Shown: in pieces, positions 17,794 through 25,140 of the stretch | Layout of the letters: each line of letters begins with the position of its first letter | Position numbering within the stretch: the stretch's first letter is position 1 | NCBI GenBank assembly: GCA_044229815.1 | Contig: JBGASI010000001.1 | Coordinates: forward strand, 1 to 36,952 | Direction of reading: 5' to 3' | Source of the DNA: Vicinamibacteria bacterium | GTDB lineage: Bacteria; Acidobacteriota; Vicinamibacteria; Fen-336 | Length of the DNA stretch: 36,952 nt | Translations under genes and position numbers: made by a program | The notes under the pieces: generated by a model | Databases searched by the model: none | Told to the model about the DNA's origin: nothing | The model's input: the letters and a program-made list of their open reading frames with translations, nothing else

Positions 17794-17810
17794 GCCGCGG
17801 ACGTGTTCCC

Positions 17811-18509
17811 TTAGCCCAGCGCGACACCGAAGAGGCGCCCGATCGCGGCGGTGACCGCCATGGCGAGGGCGCCGCCGATCGTGACCCGCAGCGCCGCCGG
17901 GGCGATCGGCGCGCCGCCGAGCCGGCCGCCGAAGGCGCCGAGAGCCGCGAGGCCGACGAGGGAGACAGCGGCGATCGCCGGGATGCGCGCCTCGCTCGGC
18001 GTCGCGAGCAGGGCGAGGATCGGGACCGCCGCGAAGAGGGCGAAGCTCAGCGCGGAGATCCACGCCGCCTGGAAGGGGCGAGAGAGGGCGGTCGGGTCGA
18101 TGCCGAGCTCGTCGCGCAGGTGCGCGCCGAGCCGATCCCGCGCGCTCAGTTGGATGGCGACCTTCAGCGCAAGGTCGCGGTCGAGTCCCCGGTTCACGTA
18201 GATCTCCGCGAGTTCCTGGAGCTCGAGAGCGGGTTCGTCCGCGAGCTCCCGGGTTTCCCGCCCGATGTCAGCGCGCTCGGCGTCGCGCTGCGAGCTGACC
18301 GACACGAACTCCCCGACCGCCATCGACATGGCGCCGGCCACGAGCCCGGCGACGCCCGCCACCAGGATGTCCCGGGTCGAGGCGGACGAGGCCGCCACGC
18401 CGATCATCAGGCTCGCGGTCGAGACGATCGCGTCGTCGGACCCGAGCACTGCCGCCCGCAGCCAGCCGGCACGGCCGGTCCGGTGCGCTTCCGGGAAGGG
18501 CTTTGTCAC
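17811..18509 (-). CDS. VIT1/CCC1 family Fe/Mn transporter
   Basis: GTG start with GAGGAA 5 nt upstream. Family pattern LRAAVLGSDDAIVSTASLMIGVA...GAMSMAVGEFVSVSSQRD plus C-terminal TM helices. Confidence 0.85.
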   Translation of the reverse strand: MTKPFPEAHRTGRAGWLRAAVLGSDDAIVSTASLMIGVAASSASTRDILVAGVAGLVAGAMSMAVGEFVSVSSQRDAERADIGRETRELADEPALELQELAEIYVNRGLDRDLALKVAIQLSARDRLGAHLRDELGIDPTALSRPFQAAWISALSFALFAAVPILALLATPSEARIPAIAAVSLVGLAALGAFGGRLGGAPIAPAALRVTIGGALAMAVTAAIGRLFGVALG

Positions 18510-18533
18510 CAGGTTTCCTCGATGTGGATGGAG

Positions 18534-19493
18534 CTAACGCATTGTGGCCCAGTTCGAGCGCAGGGCAGGGACACCGTTCGCGTCGGTGGACAGCCAGACC
18601 TCGAGCGCGCTCGCCGTGGGATCGACGAGGAGCTGCTCCTCGCTGCGCCGGTCCTCGATCTGCCCGACGACGTCCGCGATGACCCCCTGCAGCAGGGCCT
18701 GGCCGAGGCCGCCGCAACTCCCGTCGGCGTTCGTCACCAGCACCGGGGCGTCGATCCACTCCTGGTGGATGCGCCAGTACGCGGGGCTGCCGCCGCAACG
18801 CTGCGGGCCTTTCGGCTGGTAGACGAGCGCGCCGTAACCGTCGCCGGCCTCGATCCACACCATGGTCGACTGCCTGTACACCGCGAGCGCCTCGGGCTTG
18901 ACGCGCTCCGGCTGGCCCCAGAGGGTCGTGAACTGCCGCTCGGTCGTCGCGAACTGGTCCGGCCGCACCAGGAACGAGTCGTCGAACCCGAGCACCCCGG
19001 CGTTCGTGAGCACGGCCTTCAGTGCCGGATCGAGCGGAAAGCCGAGACGTTTCTCGGCCGCCTCGAAGGCGCCCGCCGGCACCTTGGGCTCGAGCCACAG
19101 GCCCAGCTCGATGGCCCGGTCGCCGGATCCGAGGCGCGACAGCACGGCTTCGACGGCGACGGTCAGGCCGCCGACCGCCACCGCCGGAGGTCCCTGCCGG
19201 AAGGGCTCGGTGACGCCCGCCACGGACACCAGGGCATACGACCGCCGCCTGCGGCCCGCCCCCACGGCGAGCGCCCGCGCCGCCGCGGGCAGCGTCGCCC
19301 GGCAGGACACCGGCTGGCCGCCCTTCGACGTCACCGCGATCCGGCAGGTCTCGCGGCCGTCGACCGAGACGACGTACTCGCCGGGCGTGACCTCGCTCGG
19401 GTTCGCGCGCAGCAGGAGATCGAAACTCGCGGGCACCGCGCCACCTCCCGAGACGGCGAGCAGGCCCAGCAGGGCAAGAGCAGGATGGGACAT
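18534..19493 (-). CDS. Secreted protein with a C-terminal SMI1/KNR4 (SUKH)-like domain; N-terminal ~130 aa unknown
   Basis: Start placed at ATG 19493 (MSHPALALLGLLAVSGGGA, signal-peptide-like). AEKRLGFPLDPALKAVLTNAG ... IEAGDGYGALVYQP ... YWRIHQE matches the SUKH-1 pattern by eye. The long ORF-track N-terminus would overlap the upstream gene. Confidence 0.55.
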   Translation of the reverse strand: MSHPALALLGLLAVSGGGAVPASFDLLLRANPSEVTPGEYVVSVDGRETCRIAVTSKGGQPVSCRATLPAAARALAVGAGRRRRSYALVSVAGVTEPFRQGPPAVAVGGLTVAVEAVLSRLGSGDRAIELGLWLEPKVPAGAFEAAEKRLGFPLDPALKAVLTNAGVLGFDDSFLVRPDQFATTERQFTTLWGQPERVKPEALAVYRQSTMVWIEAGDGYGALVYQPKGPQRCGGSPAYWRIHQEWIDAPVLVTNADGSCGGLGQALLQGVIADVVGQIEDRRSEEQLLVDPTASALEVWLSTDANGVPALRSNWATMR

Positions 19494-19548
19494 GGGGCGG
19501 TAGTGTCGCACGAGGCTCGCGCCGGAAGGCCGAAGTCGCGACGCCGAG

Positions 19549-20247
19549 TCACCCGATGTACGCGATGCACTTGCGCTCGCGGCCACAGCCCGAGCACGGC
19601 GCGTCGCCATGGCGCCACTCCTGCGGCGCCTGCTGGAGCGGACGGACGATCTGGTTCACCTGGCCGATCGGCGTGACGCCGACCTCGCGGCTGATGCAGT
19701 GGTGGCAGTAGTAGTTCCCGCGTCGCTGCCGCAGCCAACGGGCCACCCGCGAGGCACTGTCGGTCGCCTGAGGCGCCGGCGCCTCGACCGGCACATCCGC
19801 CTCGACGTTGCCTTCGGTCGGCGGACTCGTTTGCACCTCGACCTCGGCGGGAGCCGCAATGTCGGCAAGCCCGGCCACGACAACCGCGTCGTGGATCTCG
19901 TTGAACCCGAAGGCGAAGTTGTTCTGCTCCTGAAGCAGCGCCTCCAACCAGGGCACGCCGTTCAACGGGATCGGGGGCGAGAACTCCCTCCCCTCCTCGC
20001 CCTCGACGAGGAAGTGATCGGCGCCAGCGTCAACCACGTCGGCCGTGTAGACCGCAGCAAGGCCGAACTGCGTCGCGCCCTTCGCGTCCCGCCGGCCCTC
20101 GATCACCCACACCTCGCTGCCGATCGCGCGCTCGAGGAACGCGCGGCTCTTGTTGCTCTTGAAGGAGAACCCGTCCGCAGGCCTCGCCGAGTAGGCGTAG
20201 CCCATCCTGGGGACGCTGTGGAAGGCGACGAAGTTGGTCGAGGACAT
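19549..20247 (-). CDS. Hypothetical two-domain protein: unknown ~125-aa N-terminal domain, acidic/Pro linker, C-terminal CxxC...CxxC zinc-ribbon-like domain
   Basis: ATG at 20247 with GGAAGGA upstream. Coding-like composition. Cys pairs YYCHHC and PCSGCGRERKC lie ~35 aa apart. I recognise no family. Confidence 0.6.
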   Translation of the reverse strand: MSSTNFVAFHSVPRMGYAYSARPADGFSFKSNKSRAFLERAIGSEVWVIEGRRDAKGATQFGLAAVYTADVVDAGADHFLVEGEEGREFSPPIPLNGVPWLEALLQEQNNFAFGFNEIHDAVVVAGLADIAAPAEVEVQTSPPTEGNVEADVPVEAPAPQATDSASRVARWLRQRRGNYYCHHCISREVGVTPIGQVNQIVRPLQQAPQEWRHGDAPCSGCGRERKCIAYIG

Positions 20248-20324
20248 GCTTCCTTCCCACGTTCAGCCGACACGGGGCAGCGGCGTCCGCCCCGGCCGCT
20301 TCGAGCCGCACCGCTCCCCCTGCG

Positions 20325-21518
20325 CTACTTGGAGTGCCGCTGGAAGAAGGCCCACGAGTGGTCGGCGAAGTCGAGGTCCTGGTTCGTCTTGCCAAACGTA
20401 GGCCAGAGGCCGCTCCAGATCTGGGTGGAGTGCGGCCACCAGTGGCCCGCGCCGACCGCGCGATAGTACACAAGCTCCTGCCCCGCCGGGCCACGAGCAT
20501 AGGTCGAGCGCACGACGTGGCTGCTCGTCAGGCCCGAGTGGGGCTCGTAGCTGTCCTCCAGCACCCGATCGGGCAGTTCTTCCGTGCTGGGCGGCCCGGA
20601 GATGCCCAGCGCCCCGAGCCATGCGTCCCGGGTCCGCTCCATGCCCGGGTAGTGAGCGTCGGGGTAGCGTCGGCTCGGGCCGGGCTCGTAGGCGACGAAG
20701 GGATCCGCCGTCGCGGCGAGCATGGCGATCGATACGCCACCGTAGCCGGCCACGGGGTTGCAGTGCATGAGCCACTCGCCGCCCGGCTGAAACGGCAACG
20801 GCGCAACCGGTGCGATCGCCGCCACCAGGCCGGGAGCTTCGATCGCGAGTTGGAGCGCCAGGCCGCCGCCCGCGGAGAGGCCCGCAGCGTAGACGCGCGT
20901 CCGGTCGACAGCAAGGACGCCCTCCAGCTGCCGGAGGATCTCCCTCAGGTAGCGAACGTCGATGCCCTCGCCGGAGTGGTCGAGGAAGCAGCCCTGGAAG
21001 TACCCGCCTTCCGGCTGGGGCGCCTCGACGGCGTCGCCGTCCGGCGGGTACGGCAGGCCATTGCCGTACACGACGACGAAGCCGTGCTGGTCCGCCAGGG
21101 ACTCGAAGCGGGTGTGCGTGTAGTGCACCGCGGCCGTTTCGGCGCTGGCGCCATAGCCGGGGAGCACGAAGACCACGGGTGACGGGGTCGCCGGCAGGCT
21201 CGCTGGAACATACAGCACATAGCGCCGCCTGACGGAACTGGCGCCGAACCGCGCCTCGTACGCCGGATCCGCCACGTTCTGGACGAAGCTGACGAGGCAA
21301 CCCCGGGTCTGCTGTTCGCCCGGAGCGGCGTCCACCGTCAGCGGCTGCCCGGTGCAGAGGCTCCGCGCGCGGGCCTGCGGGCTGGTCGAGGCACTCGCCG
21401 GGCTCGCACTCGCGGGCTGGCCGCCGCCTCCGCAGCCCGCCCCGAGCGCCATCAGGAGGGCGCCGAGCACGCAGGGGAAAGACCCACGCCGCGGGCCCAG
21501 GAAAGAATGGCGTCTCAT
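20325..21518 (-). CDS. Alpha/beta-hydrolase esterase lipoprotein (PHB-depolymerase / LpqC-type)
   Basis: Start placed at ATG 21518 (MRRHSF...LLMALGAGC lipobox). Nucleophile elbow GLSAGG. The VVFVLPGYG and ...VVVYGNG pattern is typical of the esterase family. Confidence 0.75.
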   Translation of the reverse strand: MRRHSFLGPRRGSFPCVLGALLMALGAGCGGGGQPASASPASASTSPQARARSLCTGQPLTVDAAPGEQQTRGCLVSFVQNVADPAYEARFGASSVRRRYVLYVPASLPATPSPVVFVLPGYGASAETAAVHYTHTRFESLADQHGFVVVYGNGLPYPPDGDAVEAPQPEGGYFQGCFLDHSGEGIDVRYLREILRQLEGVLAVDRTRVYAAGLSAGGGLALQLAIEAPGLVAAIAPVAPLPFQPGGEWLMHCNPVAGYGGVSIAMLAATADPFVAYEPGPSRRYPDAHYPGMERTRDAWLGALGISGPPSTEELPDRVLEDSYEPHSGLTSSHVVRSTYARGPAGQELVYYRAVGAGHWWPHSTQIWSGLWPTFGKTNQDLDFADHSWAFFQRHSK

Positions 21519-21698
21519 CAACGCCGGTTCGCAGCGCAACTCTGCCGGCTTCACGCCCGGGATCATGCCACAGCGCGACGGCCGCACCGCGCCTACGCCG
21601 TCGCGGATCCGCCCCGGATCAGCGGGCCTCTCCATAGCTCCGTGCGCCGCCGGGCCTCCTCAGCAGCTCCAAAAGCCGGACGGAAGGCGCGGCTTGAT

Positions 21699-21720
21699 CT
21701 AACACAACATGTTAGGTTAG
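21699..21720. promoter_or_regulatory. Nested palindrome CTAAC-ac-AACATGTT-ag-GTTAG, candidate RHH-antitoxin operator
   Basis: Read directly: 8-bp perfect palindrome AACATGTT flanked by CTAAC/GTTAG arms. It ends 9 nt before the ATG of the RHH antitoxin. Confidence 0.4.
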
Positions 21721-21729
21721 CCTCCAGGC

Positions 21730-21990
21730 ATGGGGAACACCAGCGTCCACTTCCCGCAGGGGATGCTCGACGAGCTGGATCGGCTGGCTGCGGAGCGGGG
21801 CGTCAGCCGGAACCGGGTGATCGTGGACTCGTGCCGGCAGGCGCTGGGGACGAGGCGCCAGTGGCCGGACGGCTTCTTCTCGAACGAGCACCGGACCGCG
21901 GGCGCGCTGCGGGAGATCCAGAAGGGCGCCGCGGCGTTCGCGCGGACGCTGGCTGCGGCTCGCCGCAATCGGCGCACGCCGCCCTTCTGA
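21730..21990 (+). CDS. vapB: Ribbon-helix-helix (CopG/VapB-type) antitoxin
   Basis: TSVHFPQGMLDELDRLAAERGVSRNRVIVDSCRQAL is an RHH beta-strand plus two helices. Its stop overlaps the toxin start (TGATG). Confidence 0.8.
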   Translation: MGNTSVHFPQGMLDELDRLAAERGVSRNRVIVDSCRQALGTRRQWPDGFFSNEHRTAGALREIQKGAAAFARTLAAARRNRRTPPF

Positions 21991-22409
21991 TGCTCGTCCT
22001 CGACACGAACGTCGTCTCCGCGCTCATGCATCGGCTGCCCGAGGCGCTCGCGCGCCTGCGGGCGTCGGAGCCCGCCGACGTCGTTCTGTGCACGCCCGTG
22101 GCCGCCGAGATCCACTACGGCCTCTCCCGACTGGCCAGCGGATCGAAGCGGCGCGTGCTCCTGGCCGAGGAGTACGACCGCCTGCGTCAGGCCGTGGCGT
22201 GGGTGGACTGGACGGAAGCGGCCGCGGCGGAGTTCGGCCGCCAGAAGGCGCGTCTCGAGGCGCGGGGAACGCCGATCGACGACATGGACGTCGCCATCGG
22301 CTCGGTGGCGCTCACGCTCGGGGCCCGCGTCGCCACGTACAGCGTCCGCCACCTCGAGCGGCTCGACGGCCTCGCGGTCGAAGACTGGACCGGGGCCGTC
22401 GGCGCCTGA
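21990..22409 (+). CDS. vapC: PIN-domain toxin (VapC family)
   Basis: Internal ATG at 21990 of the ORF 21507..22409. MLVLDTNVVSAL, AAEIHYG, IDDMDVAIGSVAL and a C-terminal TYSVRHLERL are PIN signatures. Confidence 0.85.
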   Translation: MLVLDTNVVSALMHRLPEALARLRASEPADVVLCTPVAAEIHYGLSRLASGSKRRVLLAEEYDRLRQAVAWVDWTEAAAAEFGRQKARLEARGTPIDDMDVAIGSVALTLGARVATYSVRHLERLDGLAVEDWTGAVGA

Positions 22410-22440
22410 GGGTGTGACCTTCGCGCTTGCCGAGCGCCGG

Positions 22441-22719
22441 TCAGAGCTGGCGGAGGTACCGGCGGATCCCGTCGTGGGTCCCCACGCGGACGAGGGTCAG
22501 GCGATCCCCTTCGAGCGTGAAGACCAGCCGGAGCCCCAGCCCGACGCGGGCTTCCCAGATCCCGCTTGGGTGGAGCTTGCGCAGGCCAAGGCCGGCGTGC
22601 GCGTGGGGATCGCCCAGCGCGCGAGGGAGGGAGAGGATCGTGTCGAAGACGGCCGGGCGGTGGGTCTCGGAGAGGCTGCGGACGTCCCGCTGGAAGGCCT
22701 CCGCGAGAACGACCTTCAT
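22441..22719 (-). CDS. RelE/ParE-superfamily toxin
   Basis: 92 aa with the pattern F.RDVRSL...KLHPSGIWEARVGLGLRLVF...L.LVRVGTHD. ATGA overlap with the upstream antitoxin. Confidence 0.75.
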   Translation of the reverse strand: MKVVLAEAFQRDVRSLSETHRPAVFDTILSLPRALGDPHAHAGLGLRKLHPSGIWEARVGLGLRLVFTLEGDRLTLVRVGTHDGIRRYLRQL

Positions 22720-23051
22720 CGCGGGCGCCGGGCCGCCTTGGGGGTCTTCCGCGCGGCGGGCTGGGGGCGCTGCGTCCGACGCGCGGGTGAGCGAAGGTGG
22801 GCCACCGCCTCGGCGGGGCCGTCGAACGCGAGGCTCGCCCCGCTCTCGCGCTCGCTCTGGATCTGCTTCCAGAGCCGCTCGGCCTGTGGGTCGGTCAGGC
22901 GCGGGGCAAGTTCCAGGTCGTCCAGGGAAACCGGCACGATCGCCGCCACGAGCCGCGATCCCCGCATCAGGACCACCTGCTCGCCGCGCTCCGCCGCGTC
23001 CACCAATGCGTTCAGCCGGGCCTTCGCCTCACGAATGGTCACCGCGTGCAT
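22716..23051 (-). CDS. Phd/YefM-type antitoxin with a basic disordered tail
   Basis: MHAVTIREAKARLNALVDAAERGEQVVLMR is a Phd/YefM N-terminus. 4-nt overlap with the toxin. Confidence 0.8.
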   Translation of the reverse strand: MHAVTIREAKARLNALVDAAERGEQVVLMRGSRLVAAIVPVSLDDLELAPRLTDPQAERLWKQIQSERESGASLAFDGPAEAVAHLRSPARRTQRPQPAARKTPKAARRPR

Positions 23052-23057
23052 GACGCG

Positions 23058-23094
23058 AGTCTCGACCTCGAGAGGGTCCTTGTCAAGAGACCCT
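23058..23094 (-). promoter_or_regulatory. Candidate promoter/operator of the Phd-RelE module: near-perfect 22-bp palindrome containing a consensus TTGACA
   Basis: Plus strand 23073-23094 reads AGGGTCCTTGtCAAGaGACCCT. On the minus strand, TTGACA (23086-23081) is followed by a 17-nt spacer, GAGACT (23063-23058), 6 nt and then the ATG at 23051. Confidence 0.35.
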
Positions 23095-23117
23095 GGGGAG
23101 AGACCTTTTCGTAAGGG

Positions 23118-24554
23118 TCACTCCCCGATCCCGACCTCCACGCCGTCGAGCTTCCCCTCCGCGGTGAAGACGAAGCGGAAGGTCCCCTGTGGCCCGCTGG
23201 AGCCCCTGGCGCGGACGGCGACGTCGCCGTCGCCGCGCGAGAGGACGCCGACGAGCTCGAGGCGGCCGAGGTCGTTGCGCATCCTCTCGAGCTGGCGATC
23301 GCGCTCAGAGTCGGCCATGCCGGGCCGCGGGACCGCGTGCTCCTTCCGGAACGCGCGCATCGCATCGAAGCCGGGCGCGTTGAACGCCTCGAGCCAGGCG
23401 CGGACGATCGCGTCGCGGCCTTCCGTGCCCAGGGGGGACGTCGAGACGGCCCCGGGGACGGCGCCGCGCTTCGCGGGGACTGGCGGCTCCGGGCCGCCGA
23501 GCGCCATCCGCGCGAGGCCCTCGGCGATGCGGCCGCCGCGGATCGTCGAGTCGTTCGTCGAGACGGCGACCAGGGTGTCGGCGTCGAGCAGGCGCATGAC
23601 CTCGGCGTAGAAGACGCCGTTGCCGCCGTTGTGCGAGGCGACGCGGCCCGTGCCCGGCTCGTCGCGCAGCGCCCAGCCATAGCCGTAGAACGAGTCGCCG
23701 CCTTTCTCCTCGGCCACGTGCTTCGTGAACATCTTCGCCTTCGCGGCGGCGGAGAGGACGGCGTCGCCCTGCAGCGCGCGGTGCCACTGCAGGACGTCGT
23801 CGAGCGTCGTGTGGATGGCGCCGTTGGCGCGCAGCGCCCAGTACGGCCCGTCCTCGGCCCACGGCTTCTGGGTGAGCCGCCCCCAGCGCGCGCCGTCCTT
23901 GTAGCCGACCGCGATCCGCGCCTTGTCCCACGGCGCGAGGCGGTAGCCCGTGCGCTCCATGCCCGCCGGCAGGAACAGGTTGTCGCGCAGGTAGCGCTCG
24001 TAGGGCTGCCCCGACGCGATCTCGACGATGGCGCCGAGCAGGCTGTAGCCCGCGTTCGAGTAGCGGTGCTCCGCGCCGGGCCTGGAGCCAAGCGTGGAGG
24101 CGAGCGCCCGCGCGACGTAGGCGTCGCGTCCCACCGGGTCGAAGTCGCCCGCGAAGTCCGGGTCGAGCCCGGAGGTGTGCGTCAGCAACTGGTGGATCGT
24201 GATCCCCTGCTTGTCGGGCGGCACGCCCGGGAGGAACTTCGAGATCGCGTCCTCCACGCGGAGCTTCCCCTGCATCTCGAGCTTCAGGATCGCCGCGGCG
24301 GTGAACTGCTTGGTGATCGAGCCCAGGCTGAACACCGTGCCGGAGTCGTACGCCACCCCCGCCTCGCGGTCGGACTGGCCATATCCCTTCTGCAGGAGGA
24401 CCGCGCTGCCCTTGACGACGAGCGCGCTGCCCTGGAACGCGGCGCGCTGCAGCCACCGGTCGAGACGGCTGCTGGCATCTTCAACCGGGGGGGACGGGAC
24501 GGCGGCCTGGGTGAGCAGCAGGGCCGGCAGGAGCGTAGCGGCGGCGAAAGGCAT
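23118..24554 (-). CDS. Secreted beta-lactamase-fold serine hydrolase (class C / DD-peptidase-like) with an extra C-terminal domain
   Basis: Start placed at ATG 24554 (GGAGG 4 nt upstream; MPFAAATLLPALLLTQAA signal). SxxK motif in SITKQF and a YSN motif (RYSNAGYSLLG). Confidence 0.85.
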   Translation of the reverse strand: MPFAAATLLPALLLTQAAVPSPPVEDASSRLDRWLQRAAFQGSALVVKGSAVLLQKGYGQSDREAGVAYDSGTVFSLGSITKQFTAAAILKLEMQGKLRVEDAISKFLPGVPPDKQGITIHQLLTHTSGLDPDFAGDFDPVGRDAYVARALASTLGSRPGAEHRYSNAGYSLLGAIVEIASGQPYERYLRDNLFLPAGMERTGYRLAPWDKARIAVGYKDGARWGRLTQKPWAEDGPYWALRANGAIHTTLDDVLQWHRALQGDAVLSAAAKAKMFTKHVAEEKGGDSFYGYGWALRDEPGTGRVASHNGGNGVFYAEVMRLLDADTLVAVSTNDSTIRGGRIAEGLARMALGGPEPPVPAKRGAVPGAVSTSPLGTEGRDAIVRAWLEAFNAPGFDAMRAFRKEHAVPRPGMADSERDRQLERMRNDLGRLELVGVLSRGDGDVAVRARGSSGPQGTFRFVFTAEGKLDGVEVGIGE

Positions 24555-24593
24555 GGCACCTCCTCTTCTATAGACGCGCGCCAGCCGAAGAAA

Positions 24594-24621
24594 GGCGCAG
24601 CGCGGGGGATCGCGCTGCGCC
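24594..24621 (-). terminator. Perfect 11-bp GC-rich inverted repeat with a 6-nt loop, followed on the minus strand by TTTCTTC (intrinsic-terminator-like)
   Basis: GGCGCAGCGCG (24594-24604), GGGGAT, CGCGCTGCGCC (24611-24621). Plus-strand GAAGAAA at 24587-24593 gives a U-rich tail on the minus strand. Confidence 0.4.
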
Positions 24622-24626
24622 TGCCG

Positions 24627-25136
24627 ATGACCGTACAGATCACCGACTGGCCGCACGACGGCGTCGGGATCGAGAGAGGGCCGCTGGTGTTCAGCCTCCC
24701 GGTGCCCGCGACGACGAACGTCGTCACGAGCTACGTGGCGCGCGAGAAGCGGCGGTCGACCGAGGCCTTCCCGGCGTTCGAGTACTTCCCGGCGGGCGAC
24801 TGGAACTACGGGCTCCCGGTCGTGAGCGCGAAGGACGTCGAGGTGATCAGCCGCGAGGCCACGGGCTACCCGTGGACGGCGAAGGACGCGCCGATCCGGC
24901 TGCGGGTCCCGGCCCGCATGCTCGAGGGCTGGACGCTCGTCGCCGAGGGAGAAGGGGGCGCCCCGGCGACGCCCGGTTTCCCGGCCGCGCGCCGTCCCGG
25001 CCGGCGCGAGCCGATCGAGCTCGTCCCCTACGGCGCCACGCTGCTGCGGGTGACGGTGTTCCCGCGCCTCCCGGCGGAGACGGCGAAACGCCAGCGGGAG
25101 CCCGGTCTCGGACGCGGTAGCCGCGTGCTATCGTGA
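24627..25136 (+). pseudogene. 3' remnant of a glycoside hydrolase gene (C-terminal beta-sandwich resembling DUF1680/GH127-type enzymes; family tentative)
   Basis: The last ~170 codons of ORF 23337..25136 read like the end of a large GH (IERGPLVFSLPV ... IELVPYGATLLRVTVFP). Everything upstream in that frame is antisense to the serine hydrolase. There is no SD. The remnant begins inside that gene's promoter region. Confidence 0.4.
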
Positions 25137-25140
25137 TTTC

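Noticed and set aside
17741-17803. 11-nt direct repeat CCGGCCGCGGA occurring twice between the VIT1 and GH106-like genes.
   Set aside because: It is short and of extremely GC-biased composition. Chance recurrence is plausible, and no associated structure or gene was found.
18510-18533. Looked for a yybP-ykoY-type Mn riboswitch or other leader upstream of the VIT1/CCC1 transporter gene.
   Set aside because: Only 24 nt separate it from the preceding gene. That leaves room for an SD (GAGGAA) and nothing more, so the gene is probably co-transcribed.
19494-19610. Longer version of the SUKH-like ORF starting at ATG 19610.
   Set aside because: It would overlap the upstream gene by 62 nt and add an Ala/Ser/Arg-rich segment. 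ATG 19493 gives a signal-peptide-like N-terminus.
21507-21989. N-terminal 161 codons of the ORF 21507..22409, which precede the VapC domain.
   Set aside because: This part overlaps the RHH antitoxin gene and the divergent intergenic region. The PIN domain starts at the internal ATG 21990, in a canonical TGATG overlap with the antitoxin stop.
22414-23610. 398-aa plus-strand ORF across the Phd-RelE module and the hydrolase 3' end.
   Set aside because: It is antisense to three well-supported genes, and its translation is Ser/Arg/Pro-rich without motifs.
21519-24626. Considered calling the TA/TA/serine-hydrolase block a mobile element or genomic island.
   Set aside because: By eye I found no integrase, transposase or recombinase gene, no tRNA target, and no flanking direct or inverted repeats. 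Only the adjacent truncated gene hints at a rearrangement, so it is reported as a finding rather than as a mobile_element feature.
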